A stretch of 64,000 bases of DNA, taken from the NCBI GenBank assembly GCA_001563335.1, contig LRSL01000118.1:2-64001 (forward strand), written 5' to 3'. The notes under the pieces were generated by a model. It was given only the letters and a program-made list of their open reading frames with translations, had not been told where the DNA came from and searched no databases. The translations under genes were made by a program, and so were the position numbers. Positions 1-9,086 of the stretch are shown in pieces (position 1 is the first letter of the stretch; every line of letters starts with the position of its first letter). The stretch is from Candidatus Thorarchaeota archaeon SMTZ1-45. GTDB taxonomy: Archaea; Asgardarchaeota; Thorarchaeia; Thorarchaeales; Thorarchaeaceae.

Positions 1-1149
1 ATCAAACCACGTATCGTTGTAGTTGACAACATGCTTCAACAAGAGAACATTTCTGATATTCTAGCTGTTACAAGAACACCGGATGAAAGATTGGGAGACC
101 TATCCGCTCAGATTGCAGCGAATAATGTTGGTATGGAACGAATTGGCGACATTGGCCAGACCTTTGGATGGTTAACATTATTGAGAACTTTCGAGGAACT
201 ATCTAATTATTCTGCAAAAAGAATGAGAGATGCTCTTTCCCTATATGCAGGACATAGAGCAAGTTTTACAGATATGCTTGAAAGTGATGGAGCTGGTGGT
301 TGGGATATTCCTATATCAATCAGTATTGGAATATCTGAGAGAGGGGTATTGGTTGACTTTAAAGGAACTTCTGAACAAGTCCACGGGAATGTCAATTGTC
401 CAATAGCGTCAACATTATCTTCCATCTATTATGTGTTCATCGCACTCTTTGGCAGAAACATCCCGGTCAACGAGGGGTGTTGGAGTATAATCGACGTTCA
501 AGTACCAGAAGGTTCACTTTTGAATCCAAGATATCCAGCGGCGGTTTCAGCAGGAAATGTAGAAACTTCACAGAGGATAGTAGATGTAACTTTAGGAGCG
601 TTGGCAGAAATTACTCCTGATTTGGTCCCTGCAGCAAGTCAAGGCACAATGAATAACTTAACAATTGGAGGATTAGACCCGAGATCTAATAGACCATTCT
701 CATTCTACGAAACAATCGGAGGAGGGTCAGGTGCATCAAAGGGACATAATGGCACAAGTGGAATACATACTCATATGACAAATACTCTGAACACTCCAAT
801 AGAATCACTGGAAACGGAATTCCCACTCAAGGTTCTGAAATATTTAATCAGAAGAGGGACAGGAGGTAGAGGTGAGTGGAAAGGGGGCGACGGTATTATC
901 AGAGAGATTGAGGTTCTAGCAGATAATTGTACAATATCAATCCAGTCTGAAAGAAGAAGGCTACACCCTTATGGACTTAACAAGGGTGAGAAGGGATCTA
1001 CAGGGAAGAATAGTCTTGTATACGAGAATAGAGTCCATCCTCTTGAAGCGAAGTCAACAATAATAGCTCCAAGAGGTGCAATAGTAAGAGTTGAAACACC
1101 TGGTGGAGGAGGATGGGGACCTCCTCCATTAGAAAGAGTACAGGTGTAA
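1..1149 (+). CDS. Hydantoinase B / 5-oxoprolinase family protein, C-terminal ~380 aa (5' end outside the window)
   Basis: The frame is open from nt 1 with no stop before the ATG at 31. The product carries a HyuB-type stretch, GGGSGASKGHNGTSGIHTHMTNTLNTPIESLETEFP, and a C-terminal ETPGGGGWG. Confidence 0.8.
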   Translation: MKPRIVVVDNMLQQENISDILAVTRTPDERLGDLSAQIAANNVGMERIGDIGQTFGWLTLLRTFEELSNYSAKRMRDALSLYAGHRASFTDMLESDGAGGWDIPISISIGISERGVLVDFKGTSEQVHGNVNCPIASTLSSIYYVFIALFGRNIPVNEGCWSIIDVQVPEGSLLNPRYPAAVSAGNVETSQRIVDVTLGALAEITPDLVPAASQGTMNNLTIGGLDPRSNRPFSFYETIGGGSGASKGHNGTSGIHTHMTNTLNTPIESLETEFPLKVLKYLIRRGTGGRGEWKGGDGIIREIEVLADNCTISIQSERRRLHPYGLNKGEKGSTGKNSLVYENRVHPLEAKSTIIAPRGAIVRVETPGGGGWGPPPLERVQV

Positions 1150-1896
1150 TTATACTGCTACAGACACAGACCCATCCACAGCGTTAACTTTCAGAGTTTG
1201 AGTTTTAGAGCCAGCAGTGATTTTCACGTAGTATATGGGGACATAGAAACCCTCCAGTTTGTTGAAAGTCAGAGAATGCGATATTACACGTTTTGCACCA
1301 GATGGTTTCTGTACTGCCATCTTGGAAACAGCTTTGATCACCTTCTCTAGACTGTTGAACTTACCTGGACTGGGTTTGTTCTTTTGAAGCCATGAAGCAC
1401 TGGCACCCTTCTTCCCAGGACCCTTTAGAAGTGATTCAAATGCTCGGGCGGGCCCGCCTGTTCTACCATCAAGGACCATACCATCAGAGCGTTTGATTTC
1501 AAGAAGTTCAACCATATCTACTCTAACCGAATAGAATTCTCCTTTTTTCTTGGGAGCATAGACATCTTTTCCAACTAATATTCCCTTTACCTGATCAGTA
1601 ACACCAATCTCTTGAGATCGGAGTCTTAGGAATTCAAGCATTAATTCTGCATCATATATACAGTAGAAATCATGTTTGAGAGAGGGTTTACTAACACTTA
1701 CTTCACTGGAAGTTACTCCGAGGATATCAGCGCTCTCAGACTCAGCTATTTTTGTAGCTTTTTTGATATCTATTTTGGGTGTAAAATAGTATAGTTTCCT
1801 CTTTTTGCTATCAACATTCATTTTTGAATGAGCACCTGTCAGTTTGAACATTGATGGTTTCGGTACTGTTTTTTTCTTCGCCTTTTTCTTCGCCAT
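1150..1896 (-). CDS. Hypothetical protein with a Lys-rich N-terminus (MAKKKAKKK)
   Basis: Long ORF 1150..1911. The ATG at 1896 is preferred over the GTG at 1911. No motif recognised. Its stop abuts the stop of the convergent hyuB-like gene. Confidence 0.6.
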   Translation of the reverse strand: MAKKKAKKKTVPKPSMFKLTGAHSKMNVDSKKRKLYYFTPKIDIKKATKIAESESADILGVTSSEVSVSKPSLKHDFYCIYDAELMLEFLRLRSQEIGVTDQVKGILVGKDVYAPKKKGEFYSVRVDMVELLEIKRSDGMVLDGRTGGPARAFESLLKGPGKKGASASWLQKNKPSPGKFNSLEKVIKAVSKMAVQKPSGAKRVISHSLTFNKLEGFYVPIYYVKITAGSKTQTLKVNAVDGSVSVAV

Positions 1897-1971
1897 GACG
1901 AACCACTGCACTGAAAGAGTATTACTAACTATATGTCCTCTTTGGCCGCTGATGTGTCTGGATGTACTTTT

Positions 1972-3708
1972 TCATTTGTGAGCAAATGATGCCTTTATGA
2001 TATCTCCTGTTTCATAGAGTCTAACAAATCCGACTCTTTCAAACTGTACAAACGTTCCCTTTGCTAGCTCTTTGATATCTGGCTCTCCAAGTCCAAATGC
2101 GACAGATCCATCAATTAAGGTAAGCTCCACAGGGACACTATTCAACTTAGGAACCCAATGGATTATGGGACCGTTTATCTTCCGGACTTCATCCACATCA
2201 ATACTATGCATCTTTACTGAAACTGGCTCAAGCTGTTCAAGTACAAAGTTTGCTAAATCCTTGAGACGGAAAATGGAGCCCTTCTTCATTCTCTTTAGGT
2301 CGTATTCAGCTATTCCAAATGTGGCTTTTCCATCACTAGCACCAATCGGTATTTCCCTCATACCTTTTTCAGGAAAATCAGGATGAACAGGGACATTAGC
2401 AACAGTAAGATCTGGAGCAATACCTTTGGCTTCAATCCATATCGGGTTGCGCACAAAGAAAACACGTGGAGTTTCAGCATCCCTCAATTTTCTGTTCTCT
2501 GAATAGACTGATTTCATTGATATTGAAATATCTACAATACTAAGACCTAAGTCAAGCATCACCTTTCGAAGGGCTCGCTGATCAATACCTCTCTTAGCAA
2601 GAGACTGAAGACTCCAAGTACGTGGATCATCCCAGCCAGTATACGTACCATCTCTTACCTCTCGGCGGGATTTACTCTTACTCAGTGTCGCATCTTCAAA
2701 CTTTAAGCGTCCATAATAGATCAATTCAGGATGTTGCCAGCCATAGATACTCCAAATGTGTTGTTCTATCTTACCTTCTTTCACTAAATCCTTGCCACGT
2801 ATGATGTGTGAGATTCCAAGTTCATGGTCATCAATACCCCATGAATACTCAAGCAATGGCCAGACTCGATACTTTGTACCTACTCGAGGGTGCTCTGTTT
2901 CAGATATTCGAAGAATCACGTGGTCGCGCATAGCGGGATCGGGGTCTTTCATCCCTGTTTTGAGTCGAACTGCGGCAGCTTTCTCTGGATATGTCCCATC
3001 TAGCATTTTCTCCCATCGTGCTAGATTATCCTCCACACTGAGAAACTGACATGCACAGGGAATTCCTCTAACTTTATGTTCTTTGCGCCATACATTGGCA
3101 TCGCAGTCACAGACATATGCCTCTTTCTTTTTCATCAGATTTACAGCATATTTGTAAAATAGCTCTAATCTGTCAGATTTGTATACAGTCTTGTGCCATT
3201 CGACATCCAGATATTCTAAACCCTCTGGTATTAGATCAAATGCTTGAGGCTCAACTACCTTTTCAGTAGACCCAATTGTATCATCAAAGACAAGAATCAG
3301 TTCACCTTTGTATCTCTTTACATAGTAATCATTCAGAATGACCATTCGGGAGTTTCCGACATGAAGAGGACCTGATGGAAAAGGTGCTAGTCGCATGACA
3401 ATTTTAGACCAGCGATCAATGTTCGGAAGTTCAGGTGGCTCTTTTTCTTCAGGGAGCTCGATTTCATCTGTGACTTCTAGTAATTCAGGAGCAATCTGTT
3501 TTAACTCTCTAATCTGATCTTCAATGGACATCTTAGAGATTTCATCTACATACTTTTGAACAATTGCCTTGACCTCACCTGCACGAGACCGTAGATCAGC
3601 TCGCGACCCAAGTAAAGTACTCATTACAGAGTTTACACTAGGCGTTCCCTCATATTTTACAGCGTTGTCAAGTACACTCTTGCGGACCTCATGCTCCAGG
3701 TCATCCAA
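1972..3708 (-). CDS. gltX: Glutamate--tRNA ligase, archaeal/eukaryal type
   Basis: 578 aa. It has a class I HIGH-type motif (PSGPLHVGNSR) and a KMSKS-type motif (LSKSKS). Length and layout are typical of archaeal GluRS. Confidence 0.9.
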   Translation of the reverse strand: MDDLEHEVRKSVLDNAVKYEGTPSVNSVMSTLLGSRADLRSRAGEVKAIVQKYVDEISKMSIEDQIRELKQIAPELLEVTDEIELPEEKEPPELPNIDRWSKIVMRLAPFPSGPLHVGNSRMVILNDYYVKRYKGELILVFDDTIGSTEKVVEPQAFDLIPEGLEYLDVEWHKTVYKSDRLELFYKYAVNLMKKKEAYVCDCDANVWRKEHKVRGIPCACQFLSVEDNLARWEKMLDGTYPEKAAAVRLKTGMKDPDPAMRDHVILRISETEHPRVGTKYRVWPLLEYSWGIDDHELGISHIIRGKDLVKEGKIEQHIWSIYGWQHPELIYYGRLKFEDATLSKSKSRREVRDGTYTGWDDPRTWSLQSLAKRGIDQRALRKVMLDLGLSIVDISISMKSVYSENRKLRDAETPRVFFVRNPIWIEAKGIAPDLTVANVPVHPDFPEKGMREIPIGASDGKATFGIAEYDLKRMKKGSIFRLKDLANFVLEQLEPVSVKMHSIDVDEVRKINGPIIHWVPKLNSVPVELTLIDGSVAFGLGEPDIKELAKGTFVQFERVGFVRLYETGDIIKASFAHK

Positions 3709-3865
3709 TCATAACAACTCCAATAGGTACGTCTTTGACTTTCATTTAACTTTGACTGGAGAGAACGAATCTTTCACAACAAAGGATAAGAAAATGCACC
3801 ACGGTTATGCTTATTTGGACTATTTGGGAAGAGTAAGGTAGTAACAGCGTTTAGGTGCAAAAGTA

Positions 3866-4213
3866 GTGTCTGAACTTAAATGTTGCAAAAGATGCGGGGC
3901 TTTCTTAACCTGTACCACTAAAGGCGAGTGTTGTCCCGAATGTGAATGGTTTGACCCCATTGACAACCTCTGTATGGCTGTTCCTGAGAAGAAGATCATA
4001 AAACCCGTAAAGCGCGAAGGGGAAGAGGAACAAGAAGAAGAATTTGAGGTAGATCCAGAAACATTCTTGTTTGAGGATGATGACGAAGACGATGATTTTA
4101 CTGATCTACCACCTGAAAGAGAGTCTACCGACGATGATGAAGATGATGATGATTTCGATTTCGACGATGAGGATAAGGATGAATTCGATTTCGATGACGA
4201 TGATGAATGGTGA
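3866..4213 (+). CDS. Small zinc-ribbon protein with a poly-acidic tail
   Basis: GTG start. N-terminal CCKRCG...CCPEC four-Cys ribbon. The C-terminal ~70 aa are almost entirely D/E (DDDEDDDFTD..., DDDEDDDDFDFDDED). Confidence 0.6.
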   Translation: MSELKCCKRCGAFLTCTTKGECCPECEWFDPIDNLCMAVPEKKIIKPVKREGEEEQEEEFEVDPETFLFEDDDEDDDFTDLPPERESTDDDEDDDDFDFDDEDKDEFDFDDDDEW

Positions 4214-4256
4214 TAACCAATATTATTTCCATTGTCCGATATAAGACACTTCTTGA

Positions 4257-5024
4257 TTATAATGCATAGAAATACCGAGCTAAAAGGAATATTGCAATTA
4301 TTAAAGTCCCAGTAGCATTTCCAACCAGCCAGTTGCGAGCATTTTTTGGGCTGATCTTGAATGATCCAAGAGGTTTCAATCCTGATGGTGCTTTGTGATC
4401 CGGGTCTCCTGCAATCCACAGAATCTCCAGCGGATTTGCATCACTTGGGAAAATATCTAGGTAAAGATGAGAGGCGTATCCTAGAAGGAAAAGAGCAGTT
4501 ATGTAATATTCAGCTTCAGCACCAGCAGCAAGAATTGTTCCAGTTCTACTAGCTACATTTACTGCTGTTGCTAAAACAGCTAGCAAGGGAAGGATGCCTG
4601 AGTGAAAGATGATATTTCTGTGGCGTGAAATTCCAAGAAATGGAATGTCCCAATCTGGCACCAAGGCGCCTGCAATGGTGATGATGGCACCGATGAAGAT
4701 CGATATGTTTCCAATAACAGTAACTAGGCTATAGAATTGGTAAACAGTGGTGCCAACTAATGAGCCAATGCAGAATGTGACAAAGAATAATGCACCCACA
4801 GCACCTTTATTGCTGGATGTTCTTGCTCTCATTTCTCTGTTAGGTGCTTTATAATAGAGAATCGGAACACAAACAATACTTGTTACAAAGCCACCCATGA
4901 TATAGAATAGCAGTAACTCGCTAAGAGTGCCTAAATCTGAAAGCCAGACACTAAAAGCGAAAATCAAAGAATAAAGACCTACAAAGAGAGCAAAAGCGAA
5001 TACAATGTGAGAAACACGATTCAT
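4257..5024 (-). CDS. Membrane-bound metal-dependent hydrolase-like protein (DUF457/YdjM-like)
   Basis: Multi-pass hydrophobic protein with an N-terminal SH, then PDWDIPF...RHRNIIFHSG and SHLYLD. These His/Asp motifs are characteristic of the YdjM family. Confidence 0.6.
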   Translation of the reverse strand: MNRVSHIVFAFALFVGLYSLIFAFSVWLSDLGTLSELLLFYIMGGFVTSIVCVPILYYKAPNREMRARTSSNKGAVGALFFVTFCIGSLVGTTVYQFYSLVTVIGNISIFIGAIITIAGALVPDWDIPFLGISRHRNIIFHSGILPLLAVLATAVNVASRTGTILAAGAEAEYYITALFLLGYASHLYLDIFPSDANPLEILWIAGDPDHKAPSGLKPLGSFKISPKNARNWLVGNATGTLIIAIFLLARYFYAL

Positions 5025-5068
5025 TCTTCAGACCCCTTCACATAGTCTAGTTCAGCTAGCTGTTAGTC

Positions 5069-7441
5069 TTATTTCTTTCCCCCTCTCAAACCGGGGAACC
5101 AATACTGAGTACTCCTAGAATAACTGCGTTGTTCTTTTGCAACACCATTCTTAACAAGGAGTTCAAGCGCGTTCTTCACTCGTTCCTCAGTCCAACCCAG
5201 ACTTACAACAGCATCTTCTATGTTGAGAAGTCCATCTTTGCTTGCTGCAAGACTGAGTATCTCTTGTGGATCATTTGTGAGTGCGACAGGGACGAATTCC
5301 ACCAGTAGCGCGCCTCCCTCTATTTTAGAGAGACCCTGAATTAAGCCCTCTTTGGCCATGTCTTCTATAATTCGTTCAATTTCATTTGCATGAGTTCCCC
5401 ACCCAGCAATATCCAGTCGTACAAGGAGTTCTGAGAAAAGCATGATTCCACCAAACATTTTGGAATCTTCTGCCATCCTAAGGATGTCACGTCGAAGACC
5501 ATCAGTTCTATTATCTCTCTTCAGGAGTCTTCTGACCATTCCAGATTGCTTCTTTGCTTCAGCGATCCATGATTCAGGTTCATAGCCTAATTCAGTAAGG
5601 AGCTCGAAGAGCGCAGATCTATATGCTGGAATACTTAGTAAGGTGCTTCCTTGGGTTTCAAAGGCCTCCCATAAGCGCTCACGAATCATATCTAAGCGCC
5701 GAGATCTATCAACTAATTCATCTAGTCTAGCTGCTATTTGCTCTTCATGTGAAAGTGAATTGAGCATTATTGGTATCGCCACAGCACTTGTTGATTCAAT
5801 TGTAAATTCAATAGGTTTGTCAAAATATCTCGACGCACGAACAACACCTTCGTAGCTACTCATTGGTATGGAAACAACAATGATTCCTTTGTCATCAGAT
5901 TTTGCAGAAATTGCACCTAGTTCAAGCTCAGCGTTTTCGACCGGTCGTCCAGCTTCGTCTTGAATATGAAATCGTACACGACAAAGGGTTCCATCAACAA
6001 CAAGAGGAGTAACACGACGTTTCATGCGTGTCTTTATTTTTACTTCAGGAAAACCTGACAAGATGACTTGCAATTCTTCAATTAGTGGACGTTTCACAAG
6101 TCCATCACCCAAGAGTGATTCCGCACCCTCCAGAATTAGAGTCCTAGATTCTTTTACTGAGAGTAGATTGAAATTCTTAGAAGACTCTCGTATGAATTTC
6201 CTCAACGCAACATCATTATTTGCTCTTTCACTCAATAGTGATGTGATAGCATCTATAGCTCGAGAGGGGCTTGAGAACCCATCGACAAAATCACGTCTTC
6301 GACTTACTTTTTCACCATTAGAAACAAGTTGAGAGATTGGATAAACTTCAATATGGAGTTGCCCCTTTTTTGAAAAGCCAGCAAGGAAGAAAGGTAACAG
6401 AATTAGGGCGTCTTTGCCCCCATCGTTCACAGGTGATATAGGGACAGACATATCGATAATGGAGGAAAGTTGATCATTAAGTGTCATTTTGGCAGCCTGG
6501 AATTCTGCAACAAGATTATCTCTCTCTATGAGTAAGTTTCGTGAGTTTCCTTGGATATTAGAGAGTGTTTCATTTCTTCTGGCTTCATCACGTTCAAGAG
6601 CAGCTTTTCTTGCCAACAGTGTTGTCTTTATTTCTGCAAGTCGCTCCGGTTTTGTATCTGATGATGATGCTGAAATTTTGGTAAATTCTGACTCCAGAGT
6701 TTCGATTTGTTGATGTAATGAATCAATCCGCAAGTCCAATCTTGAAAGAATTGGAGCTGATTCAGCCTCACCTTTTTCTACTACTGACTCAACCTTTGCT
6801 GCTAGATTATCAATGAGAGAGGATACTGTTTTCTCAACTGAACTCAAGGTTGATGCGGTTTCTAGCAGGATATCGATTGATTTTTGAAATTCCTTCTGCT
6901 TCAGTAAGCCTGCAAGAAGTACTTCGAAGTCCTCAACTTGATTTCTAAGAGGCCTGTCGAGTATCTGTGCAATTCCTCGAGCCATCAATCCACTCATCAA
7001 GCCCAAGATTGTGAAACGTTCAGTTGTTCTTAGTGATGTAACTATTTCACAAGCATCCCTAACAGCTCCCAACAGTGTTTCAGCATCGATACTTGATTCA
7101 AGCTTCTCAACAATTGATGTAGTTGTGTAACTTCTTTGTTTTATAACAGACTCACTAGTGAGGCCTAGAAGTTCAACAAGAAAACTCCGATTGGGAAAGG
7201 GGGATTTAGCTATTTCCACAGGCAAGTAGCATTTGAGAATGAATTCAAGTTCGCGACCATCGCGTTGTTCTATTGCACGAAGAACCATGCCAGCTAAAAC
7301 ATAATCTTCTGGTATTGACTGTTCCATTGGTTGACCGCCTGCTAACTGGAGTCTCCTCGTAGCTGTTGAGGGTACAATGAGGTTCCAACGGTCAAGGTTC
7401 ATCGTGATTCCTATTGTTGAAATCATAGGAATGCTTTTCAT
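5069..7441 (-). CDS. Large coiled-coil protein with a C-terminal EAP30 (ESCRT-II Vps22/Vps36-like) tandem winged-helix domain
   Basis: 790 aa. The last ~220 aa align by eye to human SNF8/EAP30: GGIMLFSELL, LLVEFVPVAL, LGWTEERVKNALELLVKNGVA, and terminal YWFPGL versus SNF8 HYWLPALF. The centre is heptad-rich helical. The N-terminal ~560 aa are unassigned. Confidence 0.75.
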   Translation of the reverse strand: MKSIPMISTIGITMNLDRWNLIVPSTATRRLQLAGGQPMEQSIPEDYVLAGMVLRAIEQRDGRELEFILKCYLPVEIAKSPFPNRSFLVELLGLTSESVIKQRSYTTTSIVEKLESSIDAETLLGAVRDACEIVTSLRTTERFTILGLMSGLMARGIAQILDRPLRNQVEDFEVLLAGLLKQKEFQKSIDILLETASTLSSVEKTVSSLIDNLAAKVESVVEKGEAESAPILSRLDLRIDSLHQQIETLESEFTKISASSSDTKPERLAEIKTTLLARKAALERDEARRNETLSNIQGNSRNLLIERDNLVAEFQAAKMTLNDQLSSIIDMSVPISPVNDGGKDALILLPFFLAGFSKKGQLHIEVYPISQLVSNGEKVSRRRDFVDGFSSPSRAIDAITSLLSERANNDVALRKFIRESSKNFNLLSVKESRTLILEGAESLLGDGLVKRPLIEELQVILSGFPEVKIKTRMKRRVTPLVVDGTLCRVRFHIQDEAGRPVENAELELGAISAKSDDKGIIVVSIPMSSYEGVVRASRYFDKPIEFTIESTSAVAIPIMLNSLSHEEQIAARLDELVDRSRRLDMIRERLWEAFETQGSTLLSIPAYRSALFELLTELGYEPESWIAEAKKQSGMVRRLLKRDNRTDGLRRDILRMAEDSKMFGGIMLFSELLVRLDIAGWGTHANEIERIIEDMAKEGLIQGLSKIEGGALLVEFVPVALTNDPQEILSLAASKDGLLNIEDAVVSLGWTEERVKNALELLVKNGVAKEQRSYSRSTQYWFPGLRGGKK

Positions 7442-7508
7442 ACTTTCTTATGGAGAAACAAATGAGCTTCAAGCGCGCTTCATTACGAAATAATGTAGTT
7501 CAAGGAGC

Positions 7509-7916
7509 ATGAATATGAAAAGAGATGATCCTCTGCTGCTTCCATTATGTCAAATCTGTGGAGAATACAAAGGCGTTGGACCTTGTAAGAATCCAGCATG
7601 TCCAGATTGTTTTAGTAGAGATACTGCTTTGAGAAAGGAAGATGTGGAACAGAACACACACCAAACGTGTGGTATCTGTGGAAAGGTGAAGTTTGTTAGC
7701 TGTGCTCAATGTGGAAATAGTTTTTGTGAATCACATAGTTTGGGTGCCAATTCGAATCATTTCATGAATTTTAACCAACATCTTGGAACATGTGTGGAGT
7801 GCCTGAAGATTATCTGTGAGAACTGCTGGATTCTAAGTCCAAAAGGGGAGATTATTTGCTTAGTACATCTAGAGAAAGAACGAAAAACACATGCATATCG
7901 CTCACCTAACCCTTAG
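7509..7916 (+). CDS. Cysteine-rich multi-zinc-finger protein
   Basis: 135 aa with CQICG-x9-CKNPACPDC, CGICG-x7-CAQCGNSFCESH and CVECLKIICENC...CLVH. The middle unit follows a CxxC-x7-CxxC-x4-CxxH cross-brace (HIT/B-box-like) spacing. Confidence 0.65.
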   Translation: MNMKRDDPLLLPLCQICGEYKGVGPCKNPACPDCFSRDTALRKEDVEQNTHQTCGICGKVKFVSCAQCGNSFCESHSLGANSNHFMNFNQHLGTCVECLKIICENCWILSPKGEIICLVHLEKERKTHAYRSPNP

Positions 7917-7940
7917 GCATTACATGAGGGTCAAACATTT

Positions 7941-9086
7941 ATGTTAATACTACAACTCCATAGAGTGGGACGGCATATGCCAGAGGCAACATTTGTGGTT
8001 CATCTTGATGATTATCAAGGATTCCTAGTTAAGCAAAGATACCCCTCATCACTTACTCTCAATGAGAAAGTTTTGAATTTGATTTTCTATGAGCAACAGA
8101 AAGAGGATAAAGAGGAATTGAGTCTGGCGGAAATTGAAGGATTTAGAATAGCAATCTTCAGCGCACCAGAATATCCAAAATGGATGGTTTGCACTATCCT
8201 CGGTGCTGAGGAGGATTACAACCTAGTCGATGAAGGACTTGCCGGTTCAGGAAGGCTCATTCTTGCCTTAATGAATGAAGATGAGGAATCAGTGAATCTT
8301 GAGGAGATTGTTAAAGCTGGGAGTATCCTAGAAAAGACCAAGGAAGAGCAAAAACTTGCATCTATCTTTCTCACTCCATCGTCAGCGTTACTACTCGAAC
8401 GTATGCAATATGAAGGTGTTGAGAAAGCTGCTAAACTCTCAATTTGGCTAAAGAATCAGGTCCAAGATGAAGTAGACCTTCGTGAGGCAATGGCGCCTCT
8501 AATGAACACAGGCGTGGTTAAAGTTGAACTCGTCGGAAAAACATCAGAGATGGTCTTTCTTGTCAAAGACATCTTTGGCTACCGTGCTCCACCCGTTGAA
8601 TCTCTAAAGAGAGCTGCTCAAATAATACCAAGTATCGCAGAAAGATACAAAGAATATGTAACAGCATTCTTCTCACCACCCCCTCCAAACAAAGGATACA
8701 ATCCAACTTTGCCCATTAGTGATCCAAACTCACCCATTCTTGAAGATAGAGAGAAACTCTCTCGTCTTCTTGCTGATAGTTTGAACTACATGGTTCTTGA
8801 TTCATTGAGAGCTGAACCACTCTCTGCAGCAGAGGTGTCTTTGAAAACTGCACTTCCAGAATCCATAGTGAAGAAAGTACTTTGGGCACTGGAATCAGAG
8901 AAGGTAGTCGTCCATTTTGAGGATGAGGATGTATGGGCACTTTTAACGAATCCTCGGATTGAATCTTTTATTCCTGAATACGTCCTACCAATGATTAAGA
9001 AGAAGGTATCAGAGAAAGAAATAACACCACAAATTGCACGCAGACATCTTGAACTCTTGATTCAAAACTATGGTGAGCCGGAATGA
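7941..9086 (+). CDS. Hypothetical protein: N-terminal alpha/beta domain plus two winged-helix-like segments
   Basis: 381 aa. GAGG lies 12 nt upstream of the ATG at 7941; the alternative start is 7977. WH-like stretches are LREAMAPLMNTGVVKVELVGK and LSAAEVSLKTALPESIVKKVLWALESEKVVV. The stop overlaps the next start (ATGA at 9083). Confidence 0.7.
   Translation: MLILQLHRVGRHMPEATFVVHLDDYQGFLVKQRYPSSLTLNEKVLNLIFYEQQKEDKEELSLAEIEGFRIAIFSAPEYPKWMVCTILGAEEDYNLVDEGLAGSGRLILALMNEDEESVNLEEIVKAGSILEKTKEEQKLASIFLTPSSALLLERMQYEGVEKAAKLSIWLKNQVQDEVDLREAMAPLMNTGVVKVELVGKTSEMVFLVKDIFGYRAPPVESLKRAAQIIPSIAERYKEYVTAFFSPPPPNKGYNPTLPISDPNSPILEDREKLSRLLADSLNYMVLDSLRAEPLSAAEVSLKTALPESIVKKVLWALESEKVVVHFEDEDVWALLTNPRIESFIPEYVLPMIKKKVSEKEITPQIARRHLELLIQNYGEPE

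Noticed and set aside
3820-4419. 199-aa minus-strand ORF rich in Ser (SSSSSKSNSS...).
   Set aside because: It is the antisense shadow of the GAT/GAA-rich acidic tail of the 3866-4213 gene. It also overlaps the 3' end of the DUF457-like gene. The sequence is low complexity with no start context.
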